A stretch of DNA of 64,000 nt from Monocercomonoides exilis PA203 (lineage: Eukaryota > Protista > Preaxostyla). Within the stretch, counting starts at the first letter, position 1. The number at the start of each line of letters is the position of its first letter. The translations under genes and the position numbers were made by a program. The stretch spans positions 372,001-436,000 of the forward strand of contig LSRY02000032.1 in NCBI GenBank assembly GCA_001643675.2, given 5' to 3'. Below are positions 57,700-64,000 of this stretch, piece by piece. Below the pieces are notes generated by a model. It worked only from the letters and a program-made list of their open reading frames with translations, did not search any database and was not told the origin of the DNA.

Positions 57700-59990
57700 T
57701 TTTGAAGATGGTACAAAAGATTCGTGACTGAAGGATGAGGAAGTTTCGAACAATTCCATTCGGAAAGGCTTTCATCATCACGACTCGTGAAATGTTCGAA
57801 AGCTTGATCTCTTTTGTTCTTGAATTTTGAAACAGGAGCACATCCAACATGTTGTCCTCTCCTTTCTGAGAATCGGAAGGTTCTATTTCTTCTTCAACGA
57901 AATTTGAATATTCGATTCATTTTTCTTGAATTAGTGATTAATAATTCTTTTGTTGCGAATGTTTTGGCAAAACAGATTCCAATATTTGTTCATTCTTTTA
58001 GCTGTCTGCATCAAAGCTCACTCCACATGGATTTGTGATTTTGGTTTGTGACTTGGGTTTTTTGGTTAATGTTTGCAATCCTTTTTCTTTTTCATGCATC
58101 TGCCAGTTCTCAATAAATTCGTCGTCCGTTATGCACTGACCAATAATTGACCAGCGAAATGTCTATTTTGCAGGCTTCACCTCTAAAATGTTAAGGGTCG
58201 ATGGTCTGATCAAGAACGTGCTTCATTGTCGAGAATGTTATTCCAGCCTCATTAAAACCATGTTTTATCGTTTTCGGAGCAAAAGCCAAATATGAGCAAT
58301 CTGCAATAAATCAAACAAAAGGTTAGAATTCGCTTTTCATTTCACTCATTGATGGTTTATGTCTCACAATAATGAGTTGACATTTAAAAACAGTGTTAGA
58401 ATTTTTATTGAATGGCTGAAAAATGAGAAATGTTTGTGCAGAATTAACAACAATATCCTCATTTTCAACTGAAAATCGCTTCCAAAGTTGAAGATTCTAT
58501 TTGGATGAATGACCGCCAGAAATAAGAAGAGCCGGTGGAATAAAACCAGGTTCTTCGTTGAGGTTTATCTCACAATTAACAACTCATTTAGAATCTTTTT
58601 GTTGTGGTTTACTCATTATGGATTATTCTTTCCACTGCAAATTGCAGATGTCGTTTTTCTCATCATCAAAAAATAAAACTTGAAGAGCATGTTGATTCTT
58701 TAAAGCAAGAAAAAAAAGGTCCATAAAAACATCAAGAGTGATATTTTTCTTCGCAATCAAGATGCTTTTCGAAATGGTGAGAACTTTGCATAGGTTCTAA
58801 CTTGAAACAGCATTCATATGGTTGAGACTCAGATGAATCAGGAAAAACTTTTGTTAATTGATCTTCAGATACAAAATCTAATGCATCAATAATATCGCTT
58901 TTATAATTAATAAAATTTCCTGATTTCCTTTCTGATTCAAAAACTCTTTCAGATGAATCGAATTGATTGTCATCAGAGAATTTTTCGTTGATCAATATAA
59001 TTTTTTATTATTCTTGATCATTTGTTGCAACAAAGTTTGAATTGTTTGATATTTCTTTTTGAGTATTTAATTCTTTTGTAATTGCATTCTTTGTGCATGT
59101 TTTTAGTTATCTTTCATCTTTTCTTTCAATTGCAGTTTTTCTTTTTCAAAATTTTGATTCTTGCAATTCTTGAGAGTATCTATTTATTCTTATAACCTTT
59201 TCTTGTTGTTTTTGAATACACAGTCAGACATTCGTGAGTATTATTTCTTCAAAAAATTCTTTTGTCATCCACCTTTTTTTTAATGTGTGTAATATAAAAT
59301 TGTCATTACTCCACTATTCTTTGATTTCTTTTTCATATGTTCAAGGCAATAGGAAATGAGTGGGAAGATGGCATCCATCTGCTGTGACTTAAAAAAGAAG
59401 AGTGAGATGATGAAGAGGATATATTTTTTCTGAAGGAATGAATGTGCATTTGTTTGAAACTACTCTTTGGTTTTCTCTTATGTCTGATGATTTGCAGCTG
59501 GTTTCATCAAACTGAATAATCAAGGAAGGATGATTCTTTCTTTCGTTTCATTATTTCACGCAAATGCATAAAAATTGTAAGAAAATTGCTTTTCAAAGAT
59601 TCCCTGAGTCGAAGATGGCCCATTTTTATTATGTGAAAATTTTTGTGCTGTTTGTGCCTTGCAAGAAAATCATTCACCAATCGCATGCTTAGCATCTCTA
59701 TATGTATAGTGAATTTTTCTGAACGTTGTATCCTTATTCTCCTTGCCTAAAAAAAAACTTACGAAAAAAAATTTTTTTTTATTCAAACTATTTTTGGGTT
59801 ATCATTTATTGTAGGCTGAGTGACAACATCGTCCCAATTGACAAGAAGTTCTTCTTATCTTTCTTCTTCTCCTTCTGATAAATATCTTGGCCTTCCATTT
59901 TTTCCAGCTAATTCTCCTTTGTATTTCATTTGAATAGCTCTTTGTTGACAATGATAACCATTTCGTTGAGATTTGTTGATGATTTTCTTT
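57700..59990 (-). pseudogene. Highly decayed second pogo-like DDE_1 transposase with an internal insertion
   Basis: Fragments GRPRYLSEGEE, VTADGCHLP, LLISGGHSS, FQPFNK, IKHGFNEAG and IIGQCITDDEFIENW are collinear with the 54339-55331 transposase. Confidence 0.6.
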
Positions 59991-60599
59991 TCTTATTTCA
60001 TTTCATCTATAAATGAAAATTGATAATAGAGTGTTGAAATCGATTTTTCAAGGATATTACATAAAGATATGGGAAAAACAACCATGATAGAATTGATAAA
60101 TATACAACTAAATATTTTTTATCAATTTTCGATAATTTTTTAAATTTGATATGTGAAGTCAATTCTAATGTAACTTTTCTTTTTTATGAACAGAAATGTG
60201 AGAGTTTATTCCCACCATAAATTATTATTCTATGAAAGAGAATCTAATTTTCATTTCAAATCGATTTTTTAATATTCAAATATATATATATAAAAAAAAA
60301 CATCGAACAAAAGAATAATTGGTGTTTATTTTTATTTGATGCAATTTTTTAACGATAAACGATGTTTTTATCGTTGTAAATAATTTTTGTTTTGATCATA
60401 TTTTCCCTTAACTTTGTATTGCATGTCTCTCCTAAAAATTTTCAATTTTAGTGTGTTTATTCAAAATTTCAAGACAAACTTTGCAAACATAACACATTAA
60501 ATTATTTTTATAACTTCACTTAAGAGCTTCAAATAGTATTATTATGGGTGCGTCTTGATCTTGTTCATTTAAAGTGCATCACATATTCGTTTGCAAATA

Positions 60600-63460
60600 G
60601 CAGCTAATTATGCATGGTTGTGTTGCTAGATCAGTGCAGATCACTTCAGATCGAGATCAGGACTCGGCAGCTGCTTCAGATCCGCATTCTGATCGAAGTT
60701 CTTCTCTCATAACCATCTTTTCAATTTCCCCTCAGCAATAACAACACGTTCATTTCCTCCAATGCTCTTCCTCAATATCTTCATTTCTTATTTTTGCCTC
60801 TTCAATGCATTTAGATGCCTGGAACAAGCACATTCATTCCAAAGAGGCAAAAAAGATAAATGACGGATTTATGAAAAGAATTGGCGAGAAATGACCATCC
60901 ATTTCAGCTTTCTTGTCTTTCTTGTTTTCCACTTCACTCAGTGCTTTTAATATTCTGCTCTCCCTTTCATTCTTTTTGTCTATCGCTCTTCACTTCTCCA
61001 AAAGCAACAATAAGACAACCATGCATTCGCTTTCTTTCTTTCTTTTCTTTCTTTTCATTTTGTTTCTCTCTTTTTCTCTTCATTTTATTGTTTGTCATCT
61101 CTTTCTTTTTTGTTTTCAGGTCTGCCGTTTTCCATTTGGGTGTGCACAACCAAGATCAACAACGATCTTTGCAGGAGATCAGACAATGCCTTCCTTCAGA
61201 AGTGCCAAATGATCCACGTCAACGAACCTCTTCATTCCGTCTTCCTGAAACATTCTCTCTCCAATTTTGACATCACACTCAGAAATAAAAGATATTCCAT
61301 CAACAACAAACATCTGCATTCGAACATCTTACTCATTCAGCCAGCATCCAATCTTCTTCTAACCAGCTCACAAACTCTTCTTCTTCTCTTCTCTTCTCTT
61401 CTTCTGCCTCGTCTCTGGTCTTTCAGAATGACCTTCCACTTTCTCATCAGACTTCATCATCCATTCATTCACACATTCTTCCATCTGTTTCATCTGCTTC
61501 ACTTCAACTCTTTCAACTGAATTGTGTGTTGACATCTTCATCTCATGCATTGCTTTAAAATAACAATGAACAACTTTCCCCTCCATTTTCTTTTTTTTCC
61601 TCTTCTTCTCTGCCACCATAACCAAAATACAACAGCCATCATTTCATCTTCATCGTCACACAAACACTTTCATCAGATCTTCCAAACATTTCATTTCCTG
61701 TTTCAAAGCATGCTCGTGTCAACTTGTTTATCTTCAATGCTTCATCGTCTTCTTCATCCTGCAAATTTCCTTTTGATCTTCCACCATCAATTGCAGGTAC
61801 CCAAATGAAGAAAGCACCCCACTTCCAAGAAATAGCGTCATTAGCATCACAAAACAAATTGCCAAACACCTTCAAAAGTGCAGCACAACGTCCAACAATC
61901 TCAAAGCAAATCAGTTCAGTTTTGCCAAATTGAATCACAGGAAGAAACTTTTGACATCCCAATTACATGCCCAAACAAGTCTAAGATGCAAACCCATTTG
62001 GAGAATCCATTTGGCCTTATTTGATCAATCCATTGTGACTAACCCCAACAGTCTCGTTTCATTTATTCAGTTCCAGATATGCCCCTCAAACAAATCTTTC
62101 CATTCAGAAAACGATAAAATAACCTATTTTCTGCCCATTGGCCTTCAAGAACAATAAACAGCATTTCCGCAGTTACAGACTTCTGCCAAAACGTTATCTC
62201 AATCTTTCAGTGGTCTCTTTGCTTTGTCAAATGGTTTGCATATGTTTCTGAAAATTTTGGGTTTTTCTGGATTTTTTGTTTGGCTCTTTCTCAGAATCAA
62301 TTCTCTTGAAGCATTCCTAAATTATTGTAACATTTGGCCAATCAAAACGTGCTAAGAGAACTGTCAAATGTCTCACACAGTAAAGTTAACCGATTTAACT
62401 TGCAAAATAAAGAATAACTGATATGTGCCTCGAGGTTAAATAGCTATCAATTGTAAAGGCTGTTGAAACAAAAGCAACTCCATTAATCCATTGCTTCCCA
62501 GAAAATTCAAAAAAAGATCGAATGATCTTGCCCCAACATCTGCCAATGCAGGTATGCAACAGAAATAATAAAGATAGATCCATTTTTTTGTTTGCATGTA
62601 TTTTGCTGAACTTCGGTACATAATCAGTAATCTGTGTGGTTTGACATTGAATTCTGTTCCGAAGAAAACAGTAATTCCTGTTTCGCAACCCCTTGTCCAA
62701 TTTTCGTTCCGATAAAATCAAATTTCAGCATTGTTGGAGTAATTGTTAAAATGCTGAATCAGTGTTTGATCTATATGAAATGTTACACACCAATAAACAA
62801 ATAACGCTCATTTTGTGCATGATAAAACATAAATGGCTATTCTTGAACTTAAAGACACTTGTGCAAAATATAAACGTGAAACAATACTAAAGTTCGTGTA
62901 GCAATCACGTAATGATCGTTTCCCTGCAATTGCACAGCAAGATCCGATAGATTCGATATTCTCACATGAAATAGAAGTTTTCCAATGAAGTACAGAATTC
63001 TGTTTTGAATAAAAGCAATATTCAAGTTGCAGAATATATTTTTGCTGCAAAAGCAGTAAATTCATTAAATTCGACGATTGGTTTCCGTGCAATCACTACA
63101 AGAGCAAATTCGCAAGAAACAAATCTAAATTCCGCAAATTTCATGATCGAAGTCCACGCAAATACGAAGAATCCAATAGAACGCAAAAAGCAATATATCG
63201 CAATAACAAGCTCAATTGCATTCACGTTTCAATAACAACATTGAAATACTTTATTTTTGCAAAAATGCTTTTCAGTGGCAAAAATTAAAAGTGTTCTTTG
63301 ATATCTTGCTGCAAAAATATGCAACAGCAATTTATCGACAGTGCCAGGTTGCAAGCATGAGAAGAAACGACATTATTAGGATATCTTTCTCATTATCATC
63401 TTTTCTCTACTATATCCTTATGATCATTATTATAATGATTAGGTTACGAAATAAAACATA
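60600..63460 (-). pseudogene. Decayed member of a large surface/beta-helix-like protein family
   Basis: Coding-like composition on the minus strand with many stops and short ORF fragments (61368-61625, 61639-61962, 62395-62721, 62808-63092). The family call is tentative. Confidence 0.4.
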
Positions 63461-63570
63461 GTTTTTGGTGACAGAATGCTGTATATAAGATAATTTAAAT
63501 GAAAACATTCACAATAATTAAATTAATCCATTCCATTTGATCATACCAATATTATATTATTAGATTTATC

Positions 63571-64000
63571 AAATGCATTTCATTGTTTGCGTTTATTTAT
63601 GATTTGATTTTGTTTCAGCTGAATACTAACCTTGCAACAAAAAATAAATGCAGGAAAACGGCTGCAGACAGCAAAATGATAATAAAAAAAAAGCAATCAA
63701 AATAAAAAAAACTGAAATAGAAAACATTTTTTTACACCTAACTAATGAGAAAGAGAAAGAAAAAAAGAAAGAGAGAAATGAGAATCTGCTTTTTCGAAAA
63801 GCCCCAGCTGCACGCCAGACAGCAACGAAATGGCTGGGCAAAGAAGTGTGCCCAGCCCACGTGCTGCCTGTCTTCTTCACCATTGAAGTGTCAGAGGATT
63901 GATGGCAGCTGTGGAGCGCGCCAGGGTGTCTGGATCCCGCGGCGTGAACTCGCTCTGAAGCATCCCCAGCACAAGCTGCTCTGCCGTCCACTCGTCCTTT
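63571..64000 (-). repeat. Inverted duplicate of the Nar1 3' end and downstream region (reverse complement of 35815-36244), running off the window
   Basis: Coordinates pair to a constant sum (99815). The shadow-ORF translations are identical (35913-36167 vs 63648-63902). The match stops sharply at 36244/63571. Confidence 0.97.

Noticed and set aside
63626-63991. Independent 121-aa gene
   Set aside because: It is an off-frame translation of the duplicated Nar1 last exon and 3' region.
1-64000. Prokaryotic operon, defence system or CRISPR array
   Set aside because: The genes have spliceosomal GT-AG introns and eukaryotic products. The tandem repeats have no unique spacers.

Overview
Eukaryotic, intron-containing genomic DNA in the standard genetic code, not prokaryotic. 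It is most likely from an oxymonad, Monocercomonoides exilis or a close relative; this is inferred from decayed members of lineage-typical expanded gene families and from gene style. The window has three zones. (1) 1-36.2 kb is gene-dense and increasingly GC/G-rich. It holds a long low-complexity ORF, a Pmp/beta-helix-like type I membrane protein, a receptor-like TKL kinase, two hypothetical genes, a YAK1/DYRK-like pseudokinase, another hypothetical gene, an F-box/LRR gene and, head-to-head with it, the CIA Fe-S factor Nar1. (2) 36.4-41.1 kb holds three AT-rich, intron-rich genes: a MARCH-type RING-CH E3 ligase, a CX3CX6 Cys-rich secreted protein and a TPX2-like protein. (3) 41-63.5 kb is a very AT-rich transposon graveyard. 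It contains two PIF/Harbinger transposase remnants, each preceded by an inverted repeat; a 3.45-kb non-autonomous hAT-like element with TIRs, an 8-bp TSD, captured host-gene fragments and its own empty-site copy nearby; a near-complete DD35D pogo element; a second decayed pogo; and a surface-protein pseudogene. The last 430 bp are an apparently exact inverted copy of the Nar1 3' end, so the AT-rich block lies between inverted arms. No rRNA, tRNA or CRISPR array was recognised. Exon boundaries were read by eye and some coordinates are approximate.
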